Shown piece by piece: positions 20,648 to 29,531 of a stretch of DNA of 52,749 nucleotides. Below the pieces are notes generated by a model. It did no database searches, was not told the origin of the DNA, and was given only the letters and a program-made list of their open reading frames with translations. The translations under genes and the position numbers were made by a program. This stretch comes from an uncultured Chroococcidiopsis sp. (GTDB lineage Bacteria > Cyanobacteriota > Cyanobacteriia > Cyanobacteriales > Chroococcidiopsidaceae): NCBI GenBank assembly GCA_964248365.1, contig CAXTYC010000036.1:1-52749 (forward strand), in the 5' to 3' direction. Every line of letters starts with the position of its first letter. Within the stretch, counting starts at the first letter, position 1.

Positions 20648-21889
20648 ATGGTTTCACTTGCTCGTAAAAACCTGTTAGAAGATATTCCTCGCTTCCTAGT
20701 AGCTCAGGCAGGAATTATGTTTGCTGTTAGTTTGGTAACAATTCAAGCTGGGATATTCAATGGATTTACTCGCTCGACTTCTCAGTTAATTAATAATTCC
20801 CAAGCTGACATTTGGGTAGCATCAAATACTTTGGTACACTCTACACTGACCCTACCCATTCCTGCAACAACCTTAAGTCAAGCTGGGCAAGTTACTGGTG
20901 TCGAAAGAGCAGAAGCATTAATTATTAGAGGAGCTATTTGGCGTTACTCTGCTAGCGAAATTAATCCAGTCAGAGTGATCGGATTTGACCCCAAGGGACA
21001 ATTGTTTGCACCAAAAAATATGATTCAAGGAAGTGTCAGTGCGCTCTCGTCGCCCTATACCGTAATCGTAGATGCAAGTAACCGGAAATCTCTGAATGTC
21101 AATCAAATAGGTAATTTAGCCCAAATTAATTCTTTACCAGCGCGCTTAGTTGGTTTAACCCAAGGAAATCGTTCAATTACTTCAGATCCTTTTGTTTTTA
21201 CCTCCTTAGACAATGCCAATGCTTATGCAAATTCTGGTCAAACTACCAGTTTGTCCTGTAAATTGCAATCCGGTTCAGAGGATATTCAGTGTACCAATAC
21301 TTTTAAGCAACTGGGGCAGGACAAGGCTTCTCCACCCAAAAAGTTAGCCGCCTCAGACACAATTACTTTTGTGTTAATCAAAGCTAAACCAGGTCAAGAT
21401 TTACAGGTATTGAAGCAAAGGCTAGAAGCCGCCATTCCTAATACTCGTGCTTTCACTCGAACCGAGTTGATTGAAAAGACTCAAAGGTTCTGGCAAAGGC
21501 GGACTGGTGTGGGATTTATCCTGGGCTTGGGGGCAGCAGTGGGTGTAATTGTGGGCGGCATTATTGTGGGTCAAATTCTCTATTCTTCCGTCTCTGACCA
21601 TCTCAGGGAGTTTGGAACACTCAAAGCAATGGGTGCGTCTGATTGGACTATATATGGTGTGATTGTAGAGCAAGCGCTTTGGATGGCTGTTTTAGGTTAT
21701 ATTCCTGGTATTATCCTTTGCTTTGGTGTGGCTGCTTGGACTTTTGCCACTCAAGGTATCGTAATTTTAATTACACCCTTGAGTGCGATCGCTGTTTTTG
21801 GCATCACGGTCGCAATATGCATCGGCTCCGCTGTGTTTGCAATTCAAAAAGTAACCCGCGTAGATCCGGCAATTGTATTCAAAGCCTGA
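20648..21889 (+). CDS. ABC exporter permease (MacB/FtsX/DevC-like)
   Basis: One N-terminal TM, large periplasmic loop, three C-terminal TMs, EFGTLKAMGA and DPAIVF. Confidence 0.92.
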   Translation: MVSLARKNLLEDIPRFLVAQAGIMFAVSLVTIQAGIFNGFTRSTSQLINNSQADIWVASNTLVHSTLTLPIPATTLSQAGQVTGVERAEALIIRGAIWRYSASEINPVRVIGFDPKGQLFAPKNMIQGSVSALSSPYTVIVDASNRKSLNVNQIGNLAQINSLPARLVGLTQGNRSITSDPFVFTSLDNANAYANSGQTTSLSCKLQSGSEDIQCTNTFKQLGQDKASPPKKLAASDTITFVLIKAKPGQDLQVLKQRLEAAIPNTRAFTRTELIEKTQRFWQRRTGVGFILGLGAAVGVIVGGIIVGQILYSSVSDHLREFGTLKAMGASDWTIYGVIVEQALWMAVLGYIPGIILCFGVAAWTFATQGIVILITPLSAIAVFGITVAICIGSAVFAIQKVTRVDPAIVFKA

Positions 21890-22076
21890 TGAGTGCAAAT
21901 CAAATAACTTTATCTACCTTTTTATATAGATGAACTTTTGAATGCATCTTCCTAAAGCTCTATCAGTATATTTAGTCAAAGCAGTAAAATATACAAACGA
22001 AATATAAATTAATAATTTGCTTCACCTGTCCAAGCTTGTTTGAAATTCAAACTTTACTCGTTAAAAATCTACAAGA

Positions 22077-22892
22077 ATGACTGTTTCTTTAACCAAATTT
22101 ACTACTTCAATTAAAAACCGCAAAAAGGCTTCTGACACCTCAATCGGTTTAAATTATCCTGAAGCTGCTATTGTCGCCTCTGGAATAGAGATGACGTTCC
22201 AATCAGGAAAACAGTATTTTCAAGTCCTGAAAGAAATTGACTTAGAAATCAAAACGGGTGATATCCAACTGTTAATGGGACCTTCTGGTTCAGGCAAAAC
22301 TACTTTGCTGTCAATTTTAGCTGGATTAATGACACCAACTAAAGGTAATGTATACCTCCTGGGGCAGGAAATTACCAGGATGTCCAGAGAAAAGCTGGCA
22401 ACATTTAGACTCCACAACGTTGGTTTTATTTTTCAGGGCTTTAATTTATTTCCAGCTTTAACAGCAGCTGAAAATGTTGAATTAGTACTGAATTTTAAAG
22501 GTATTCGTGGAGAGACGGCACACAAACAGACAAAAATGTTACTCGAACAAGTTGACTTAGGTAGCCAGGCAAATCAGAAGCCTAGCGACTTGTCTGGAGG
22601 GCAAAAACAGCGCGTGGCGATCGCCCGTGCTTTAGCTGGTAATCCCAAACTGATCATGGCAGATGAGCCGACAGCTGCTCTAGATTCTCACAGTGGGCAT
22701 AATGTAATTCAATTACTACGTGCTTTGGCAAAAGAACAAGGCAGCACTGTCCTGATGGTAACGCACGATCCTCGGATTATTGATAGCGCCGATAGAGTCG
22801 CATATCTAGAAGATGGAATGCTGGGGAAGGGGCTAGGGGCTAGGGGCGCACGTGAGGACAAGGGGACAAGGGGACAAGGGGAGAATTGTTAA
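22077..22892 (+). CDS. ABC exporter ATP-binding protein (LolD/DevA-like)
   Basis: GPSGSGKTT, LSGGQKQRVAIARAL, ADEPTAALD, VTHD. Confidence 0.95.
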   Translation: MTVSLTKFTTSIKNRKKASDTSIGLNYPEAAIVASGIEMTFQSGKQYFQVLKEIDLEIKTGDIQLLMGPSGSGKTTLLSILAGLMTPTKGNVYLLGQEITRMSREKLATFRLHNVGFIFQGFNLFPALTAAENVELVLNFKGIRGETAHKQTKMLLEQVDLGSQANQKPSDLSGGQKQRVAIARALAGNPKLIMADEPTAALDSHSGHNVIQLLRALAKEQGSTVLMVTHDPRIIDSADRVAYLEDGMLGKGLGARGAREDKGTRGQGENC

Positions 22893-22928
22893 TTCCTACT
22901 TTATCCTTCAGCCTTTATCCTTCATCCT

Positions 22929-23888
22929 TTATCCTATTGTTTTAACTATCTCTTGTAGAGTTTGTGAAACTGAACGGGGTCGCCAACCGAGTTCTTTACG
23001 GGCTTTAGCTGCATCCACACGCACACAGCGATCATAGACATAGTGAACTCTTTCCCGACTCAGGGGGGGTTGCCATTTCAATAAGCGTCCGATGGGATCG
23101 AGGATGTTTCCTGCTAGCCTGACAAGGGGTTTAGGGGCTTCGTGGGGAACTGGAATACCTGTTTCGTGGGAGAGAAGTTCAAACATTTCCCTCGTAGTTA
23201 AGTCACCAGCAGAAATGATATAGTGTTCTCCGATTGGAGCTTTTTCTGCTGCTAAAATCATAGCATTGGCTAAGTCGTCTACATGGACAATGCCAGTAAT
23301 GCGATCGCCCCCAGCCCACAACTTCAACCGCCCTTTGAGAAATTGCTGCATGACTGGACGAAAATGAGGATCGTCAGCGCCAAAAATCCCTGAAGGCATA
23401 ATGCTAACAACAGGTACTTGGGTGGCGAATTGATCTACTATTTGTTGCGCCTGGTATTTTGTGCTGTCATAGGCAGAAGAAAAGTTAGTTTGAGTGCGCT
23501 TAAAAGTTTCATCGATAACGTTGCCTCTTGTGTCGCCATAGATGCCCACTGTGCTACAATAAACAACTTTCGACACTCCTAATTCTTGGGCAACTTCCAT
23601 TACAGCGCGGGTTCCCTCTACATTCACCCGTGCCATTTCGGCGGCATTTACTAGCCCAAGCTCTACGTAAGCAGCTGTATGAAAGACTGTATCTACTCCA
23701 GACATTGCTTTTCGCAGTGCATTGCGATCGGTAATGTCTCCATATATTAACTGCGCTTGGGAATCAGCCAGCCTCGCCCTATTGCTAGATTTGCGAACTA
23801 AACCAATAACGCGATCGCCTCGAAGCTCCAAAGCCCTTACCAAATGAGAGCCTGTAAATCCATTCGCTCCAGTAACTAGCGCTTTCAT
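22929..23888 (-). CDS. NAD-dependent epimerase/dehydratase-family reductase (CerR/HpnA-like)
   Basis: GANGFTG, NVEGT, YDSTK (YxxxK); ATGA overlap with the upstream GNAT gene. Confidence 0.9.
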   Translation of the reverse strand: MKALVTGANGFTGSHLVRALELRGDRVIGLVRKSSNRARLADSQAQLIYGDITDRNALRKAMSGVDTVFHTAAYVELGLVNAAEMARVNVEGTRAVMEVAQELGVSKVVYCSTVGIYGDTRGNVIDETFKRTQTNFSSAYDSTKYQAQQIVDQFATQVPVVSIMPSGIFGADDPHFRPVMQQFLKGRLKLWAGGDRITGIVHVDDLANAMILAAEKAPIGEHYIISAGDLTTREMFELLSHETGIPVPHEAPKPLVRLAGNILDPIGRLLKWQPPLSRERVHYVYDRCVRVDAAKARKELGWRPRSVSQTLQEIVKTIG

Positions 23889-25027
23889 AAGGCTTTTTCG
23901 TATATGCGGTAAGTCTTATAAATTTTACCGCCAGCAGCTTCGATTAGTTTACGGGAGGGATAGTTGTCTTCATAAACCCAAGAAAGCTCAGCCCGTTTAT
24001 AGGGTTTACCCTTTTTGATTCCTCCTTGCATTCCCAAATAAATCAAGGCTAGAGGAACCATTTTGCGACGATACTCAGGCAGTGAACAAACGACTATAAC
24101 TCGTCCTTGATCGATTTGACGGCGATACCAGAGAAACTTAAGAATTCCTAACCAGTTCAGCTTTCCCTCAACGTGCTTGAGTGCAATGTTGTAGTCAGGT
24201 AATCCCATGAAACAGCCAATCATTTCGCCGTTGTATTCTGCGACGGGGAATACATCTGGATCTACTAAACTTTGTAGAGATTTGGCTTCTGACAAAAATT
24301 CTGACTCGGTGCGAGGGGTAAAGCTCCAGTTATTAGAAAAGGTAGTGTTAAGCAGACGATAAAGACTAAGAGCATCTTCCTCAAAAGCTTTGCCTTGGGT
24401 TCTAATTGGGCGGAAGCTAACACCAGATTTACAGGCTATTCGATAAGCTTTCTCAAATTCGGTTGGTAGGGGTTTGTCTAATGGAAAATCATAAGCGTAG
24501 GCATCTTTGGCTTTGTACCAGCCATCCTGTTCTACAAACTGTGGGTAGTAGGTTGGGTTATAGGATGTCATTACCATCGGTGGCGAGTCAAAGCCATCGA
24601 CTAAAAATAGACAATTATTGTGAGTAGACAAATCAATTGGACCCCTAACAACTGTCATACCTTGCTCTCGTAGCCACCCACTTGCCGTTTCTAGCAAAGC
24701 TTGAGCAACGTCAAAATCTGAAATGCACTCAAAAAAACCAAACAACCCTACATTCTTACCCTCTCGTTCATTCAAGCGCTGATTGACAGCAGCCACAATT
24801 CTTCCTAAAGGTTGAGGGCTGCTTTCCTCAGATAAAGCGATAAACTGCTGTAGCTTGCCATATTGAAAGAATGGATTACCCGCGTCAAACTGTTTGGCAA
24901 TGCTGCTACGAATAGGTGGAACCCAGCGAGGATCTTTGGCGTATACCCGTGCTGGGACATCCAAAAATAATTCTTTGTCTGCTGGAGTTGTAACAGCCCG
25001 TATTTGAATTGAAGTTTTCGTCAGCAC
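23885..25027 (-). CDS. bacterial ceramide synthase-like (bCerS/YghO-type) double-GNAT N-acyltransferase
   Basis: Family motifs Y..DP.WVPP, NPFF, GRI.A, FGFFEC, RGP, LVDGFD.PP, YNP.YY, LPDYN, ELSWVYEDN and YKTYRIYEK, recognised by eye. Confidence 0.8.
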   Translation of the reverse strand: MLTKTSIQIRAVTTPADKELFLDVPARVYAKDPRWVPPIRSSIAKQFDAGNPFFQYGKLQQFIALSEESSPQPLGRIVAAVNQRLNEREGKNVGLFGFFECISDFDVAQALLETASGWLREQGMTVVRGPIDLSTHNNCLFLVDGFDSPPMVMTSYNPTYYPQFVEQDGWYKAKDAYAYDFPLDKPLPTEFEKAYRIACKSGVSFRPIRTQGKAFEEDALSLYRLLNTTFSNNWSFTPRTESEFLSEAKSLQSLVDPDVFPVAEYNGEMIGCFMGLPDYNIALKHVEGKLNWLGILKFLWYRRQIDQGRVIVVCSLPEYRRKMVPLALIYLGMQGGIKKGKPYKRAELSWVYEDNYPSRKLIEAAGGKIYKTYRIYEKAL

Positions 25028-25173
25028 TTTGATTACACCTAGATTTTAGTAATTAGCTTTTAGCGATTAGCTCTTAGCTTTTAGCAACTGATTGACTAAT
25101 AAGTATTAAAGACACAAGGGAAGCTAGAAATCTCGCTACACGGCTGGGCTAACAGCTAACAGCTAACAGCTAA

Positions 25174-26454
25174 TTAAGCACTAATCATCGGTTTGTACAA
25201 TAAGTCCCTAGTTGCTACCATGCCTGTAACCAAGCGATCCATCTCTTCTTGAGTATGGAGGGCGTTAACGGTGATCCGCATTCGAGGTTTGGCAATATAC
25301 CAAATTGGCGATATCCAAATTCCGTGATTTTGCATGATTTTTCTAGCAAATATCTTGGGATTAATTTCTGACGGTAGTAGTACTGGAACTACGTTAGTTT
25401 CACCAATGGCAACAAAATCATGCTTAGCTAGACGCGATCGCAAGTATTTGGTATTCTCTTGAAGTTTTTGTACTAGTTCGGGACGCTGGCGGACTTGGCG
25501 GATACTTTCTAAAGCAGCAGCTGTGGTTGGCGGTGGCAAAGAAGCTGTGCCAATTGAAGTTGGAGAAACATTCAACAGTGGCTTTAACTCTGCTACGTGA
25601 GTACTAATCGCCGCGCCAACCGAGGCAGCAAACTTAGAGAATGTGGTCATAATTAGGGGAACAACACCCCGCTCAATTGCTTGCTGAGGTAATAGTCCAA
25701 AATGCTCGTAGATGCCTCTACCCGTTGCACCAATTGAACCGCTAGCGTGAGCTTCATCCATCACCAATACGCTGCCTTCGTAATTATGCAGCACGTCGAT
25801 CATGCCTGGCAGAGGTGCAATATCTCCATCCATTGAGAAGACTGCATCGGAAATGACTAAAATTCTGTCATCTGGACGAGCATAACGATACAGCTTGCGT
25901 GCTAAATCTTCGCTGTCGCAGTGGCGGTAAGACTTGACTCGCACACGGGGGCTATGGCTAAATACCTTACCAGAGCGCGTGCCAGCATTAACAATGGCTG
26001 AGACAATACAGCCATGATTCAGGACATCTGTCAAGATCAAAGTCTCGCGGGTGTTCTGAAATCCTGGGACGGGAATAGCCAAGTGACAGAAGGCATCCAT
26101 CAAGGCTTGCAGTGCCATCCAGGCATTTAGAAACAGCTGCGTATGTGGCAGATGCTTAAAAGCTGAAATCTCGTCTTCCAGTTGTCGGTGCAAGTCAATG
26201 CGTCCGCTCAAAACTGAGGTAGCGCTGTTAGACGTACCATACTGCAAAATTGCATCAATTGCTGCTTGCTTAACAGCTGGTTCTTGAACTAGTCCCAATA
26301 CATCATTGGTGCAGAAAGTCAAGACGTTACGCCGTTCGCCCGTAGCTGCTTCTTCAATTTCAACCCTATTACCTTGTTTTTGATGACAAATATACTCGTC
26401 GGGATCTAGCCCACTTTCATACCAACGCTGAACGTATTCTTTGACGGTTTGCAC
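25174..26454 (-). CDS. PLP-dependent alpha-oxoamine synthase (serine palmitoyltransferase/BioF family)
   Basis: ND.LGL, NHGCI, YRHCD, VFSMDGD, DEAH, TFSK (PLP Lys), RMRITV; GTG start with GAGGGGAG RBS. Confidence 0.9.
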   Translation of the reverse strand: MQTVKEYVQRWYESGLDPDEYICHQKQGNRVEIEEAATGERRNVLTFCTNDVLGLVQEPAVKQAAIDAILQYGTSNSATSVLSGRIDLHRQLEDEISAFKHLPHTQLFLNAWMALQALMDAFCHLAIPVPGFQNTRETLILTDVLNHGCIVSAIVNAGTRSGKVFSHSPRVRVKSYRHCDSEDLARKLYRYARPDDRILVISDAVFSMDGDIAPLPGMIDVLHNYEGSVLVMDEAHASGSIGATGRGIYEHFGLLPQQAIERGVVPLIMTTFSKFAASVGAAISTHVAELKPLLNVSPTSIGTASLPPPTTAAALESIRQVRQRPELVQKLQENTKYLRSRLAKHDFVAIGETNVVPVLLPSEINPKIFARKIMQNHGIWISPIWYIAKPRMRITVNALHTQEEMDRLVTGMVATRDLLYKPMISA

Positions 26455-26689
26455 GAATTTACTCCCCTCACCTTATTCTGTCGATAGCTTATTATGTCTG
26501 GCTCAACATTATATTTTCCTTCATTCAATATTTGTTATCCAGGTTTTACAAAATGCCCAATGGCAGCAGTTTTAATTATGTCTTTTAATACAAACAGCCA
26601 GTCGTGGAAGCGTCGATACTGACTATAAATCTGAGTATGGTTTAGCAGTGAGCTAGCAATGGCAGCCGACGCTGCTAGTACAGTTCTCT

Positions 26690-27835
26690 TCATCCGATTG
26701 GCTGTTCTTGGTTTAGCTGAGTTGGTTGTTGGCGATCGCGCTTCGACTTAGAATTAGGTTCCAAGTCCTGCCCCTTAATTGGCGATTGACCCAATTTTTG
26801 CATAAATTGTTCATATTGCTGGACAATTAATCGTTGAATGGCAATAATAGCTGGGTTGATTTCCACATAACGCCGTTGAGGATTGGCTAAATAGTTTCGC
26901 TGTTCGCTCTCGATCATTTCTATGTCTTGAGCAAGAAATTTCAGTAAAAAGCGCTGGAGTACACGTTGCAGCAGTGGCTTAAGCGGCTGAAGTACCCATT
27001 TGGGCAGACGGACTTGGAAAAAGAAGTAGGCAAAAGATCGAGTTTCAGCAACACCTACTGGTAGTCGCATCAAATACAGGCTAGAAATTCCTTGCAGAGA
27101 ACTGTAAAAGTGCGGGTAGCGATAATGAGTTGATACAGGTAAGGTTGTCACCTGGTCAGCTCTTTCGCTTAGTCCTAAAAACTTAGCCATGCGACCTTTA
27201 TAGGAGACTTGATATTCAGCACAAACAGATCCTTCCGTCTGTTTTAAACTAATTAGCACTGGATCGAACCAACCCTGCAAGTTTTGATGCAAGAAACCAT
27301 GAAAAACATCCATCGAGTTGTCATTGCAAATCGAAAAATGTGCTTTGATGCGGGCAGGGATAGGAACCATGAACCAGTCAGGATTATCAAATTCTGGGAT
27401 TTCGGGTACAAAGCTGCTGGCAGCGAGGGCAGGATCGCCTGGGAAAATCCAGATGATATTATATTTTTCTTGGACTGGAAAACTACGGACACAGGCGCGG
27501 GGAAGTTTTTGGGAAGGGGGGAGGTAGGGAATGCTGACGCATTTGCCAGTGCCGTCAAATTCCCAACCATGATAACCACAAGCTAGGTGACAACCTTGGA
27601 CTTTGCCTTTGTGCAGTGCGACTCCTTTATGAGGACAAACATCCTCTAAGGCGTACAACTTACCTGCTGCATCACGATAAACTGCGATCGCTTGCTGCCA
27701 AATCACGACGGGCATAATATCACCTGGCTTAAGTTCGCTTGCCCAAGTGGCAGGATACCAGTAATTTGGGTTAATACCCACCTCACGGACAGCATTCTGA
27801 ACTGTCTGACTTGTCAAGGTCGTAGCCAGTTCCAT
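26690..27835 (-). CDS. Rieske non-heme iron oxygenase alpha subunit
   Basis: CPH...CGYHGW Rieske ligands, DNSMDVFHGFLH and QD mononuclear Fe ligands; ATG 27835 with AGAGG RBS. Confidence 0.93.
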   Translation of the reverse strand: MELATTLTSQTVQNAVREVGINPNYWYPATWASELKPGDIMPVVIWQQAIAVYRDAAGKLYALEDVCPHKGVALHKGKVQGCHLACGYHGWEFDGTGKCVSIPYLPPSQKLPRACVRSFPVQEKYNIIWIFPGDPALAASSFVPEIPEFDNPDWFMVPIPARIKAHFSICNDNSMDVFHGFLHQNLQGWFDPVLISLKQTEGSVCAEYQVSYKGRMAKFLGLSERADQVTTLPVSTHYRYPHFYSSLQGISSLYLMRLPVGVAETRSFAYFFFQVRLPKWVLQPLKPLLQRVLQRFLLKFLAQDIEMIESEQRNYLANPQRRYVEINPAIIAIQRLIVQQYEQFMQKLGQSPIKGQDLEPNSKSKRDRQQPTQLNQEQPIG

Positions 27836-28120
27836 GAATTTTTCCTCTCTTGCAGCGTTTTTGACAATATTTAGCTTACCAGTCTCCCTTAAAACGCTCA
27901 AATTGTCAGCATGAATCGAGACAGCACGCTAACTGTCCACTCTTGCTGGTTGGGAAATACAGATTACTCATCTAGGTAGCTGGGGAGATGGGGAGATGAA
28001 AAGAGGGGGAGAGTGGGGGAGTGGGAGATAAATTTATATCCATATGCTCTAGCCTCTAGCCTCTAGCCTAAGCGCCCCTCTAAGCTGGTTCCTCGCGCTT
28101 CTACTATCATGTAAGTCTAT

Positions 28121-29332
28121 ATGGCTAAATTTTCAACCACAAAAATTTCGGGTTTCTCCCCAAGAGGGCGTGAACTGAGGCTATTAATATTACTAGCGGC
28201 AGGTTCTCTAACTACTATGGCAGGGGGAGTTGTAGCACCAGTTTTGCCAGAAATTGTGCAACAACTCCATCTAGAGCCAAGGCTAGCAGCCAACTTGGTT
28301 AGTATGCATTGCTTGACGATCGCCCTATTTAGTCCTCCTCTGGGCATTTTGGCTGATCGCATTGGCAGGCTGCGGGTGTTAGTAGCCTCACTGGTTCTCT
28401 ATGCAGTGTTTGGCGTAGCAGGAGCGGGGATGACAAGTTTTTTGCCCTTATTAGTATCGCGGGGATTACTAGGGGCAGCAAGTGGGGGAATTGCCGCCGC
28501 TAGCTTGGGTTTGCTAGGTAGTATGTATGAAGGTAAAGCGCGATCGCAGGCTTTGGGTTACGCCACAAGTACCCTGACGATCACTGGCATTGTCTACCCC
28601 GTCTTGGGTGGTTTAGTTGGGGCGACGAATTGGCAGTTTGCATTTTATCTTTACGGTTTAGGGCTGCCACTAGCAGGGCTTGCAGCCTTAATTTTGAGGC
28701 AACCGTCGAGCCAGAGCAAAGCGGGGACTGGCGAACCAAGTTTTATGCTAAGACAAGTTTTAGGGCATCACCAGACTTTATGGCTGCTACTGACCTTGGG
28801 TGTAGCATCAGTTGTAATGTATACCGGAGTCACCTATGCACCACTGTACTATAAACAAGTAATCAAAGCAGGACCACTCGTTAATGGTATTATTCTAGCT
28901 TCGCGCGCGATCGGTGCTGCTGCTGTATCTGCCTTTGGAGCTAGACGCTTATCCCAAAGGTTGGGTTTAGCAAAAGCTACAGCCGTCGGTTTCGGATTGA
29001 TGGGTTTAACAATAGGCATCATTCCGTTATTGCGCCAACTAAATTTGATTATGCTAACAGCAGTGCTATTTGGCGTGGGATTCGGCATTGTTCTACCTAG
29101 TCTCTACGACGCTTTAGCAAACATGGCTCCGGCAAAGTTGCGCTCAAGTGTGCTAGCAGCTGGGACAGGTGCAGGCTTTTTAGGTCAGTTCCTTTCTCCT
29201 ATTCTTCTAGGATCAGTAATAAGTCATAGGGGATTACAAGGAGTATTTTATGCCGCTGCAACTTTATCAGTTGTTGCCGGAGCATTACTGCTGTTATTTG
29301 GTAGCAAGAGATTAGAAAATCGTCAAGGATGA
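28121..29332 (+). CDS. MFS transporter
   Basis: About 12 TM helices, motif A GILADRIGRLR. Confidence 0.93.
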   Translation: MAKFSTTKISGFSPRGRELRLLILLAAGSLTTMAGGVVAPVLPEIVQQLHLEPRLAANLVSMHCLTIALFSPPLGILADRIGRLRVLVASLVLYAVFGVAGAGMTSFLPLLVSRGLLGAASGGIAAASLGLLGSMYEGKARSQALGYATSTLTITGIVYPVLGGLVGATNWQFAFYLYGLGLPLAGLAALILRQPSSQSKAGTGEPSFMLRQVLGHHQTLWLLLTLGVASVVMYTGVTYAPLYYKQVIKAGPLVNGIILASRAIGAAAVSAFGARRLSQRLGLAKATAVGFGLMGLTIGIIPLLRQLNLIMLTAVLFGVGFGIVLPSLYDALANMAPAKLRSSVLAAGTGAGFLGQFLSPILLGSVISHRGLQGVFYAAATLSVVAGALLLLFGSKRLENRQG

Positions 29333-29439
29333 AGGGAAATCAGTTACCAGTTACCAGTTACCAGTTAAGAGGAAAGGATGAAGGATAAAGGTTAAAGGAT
29401 GAAGGCGCTCATATTAAAATTTCAAATTTTACATTTCAC

Positions 29440-29521
29440 ACTTCAAACTTCATCTTTCAAACTTCACCCTTCAAACTTAATCCTTCAAACTTCACCCTTC
29501 ATACTTCAAACTTCATCCTTT
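29440..29521. repeat. heptamer tandem repeat (TTCAAAC/TTCACCC-type STRR)
   Basis: About 11 degenerate TTCANNC units; CAGTTAC repeats nearby at 29341-29367. Confidence 0.85.
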
Positions 29522-29531
29522 CAGGCTTACC

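Noticed and set aside
25174..26454. Calling this gene bioF (biotin synthesis)
   Set aside because: No bio genes are adjacent, BioF-typical motifs are altered and the neighbours fit a lipid pathway. A plain spt symbol was also withheld because the substrate is unproven.
29341..29521. CRISPR array in the repeat-rich spacers (also 25060-25172 and 50326-50371)
   Set aside because: Units are 7-8 nt tandem repeats with no unique spacers and there are no cas genes.
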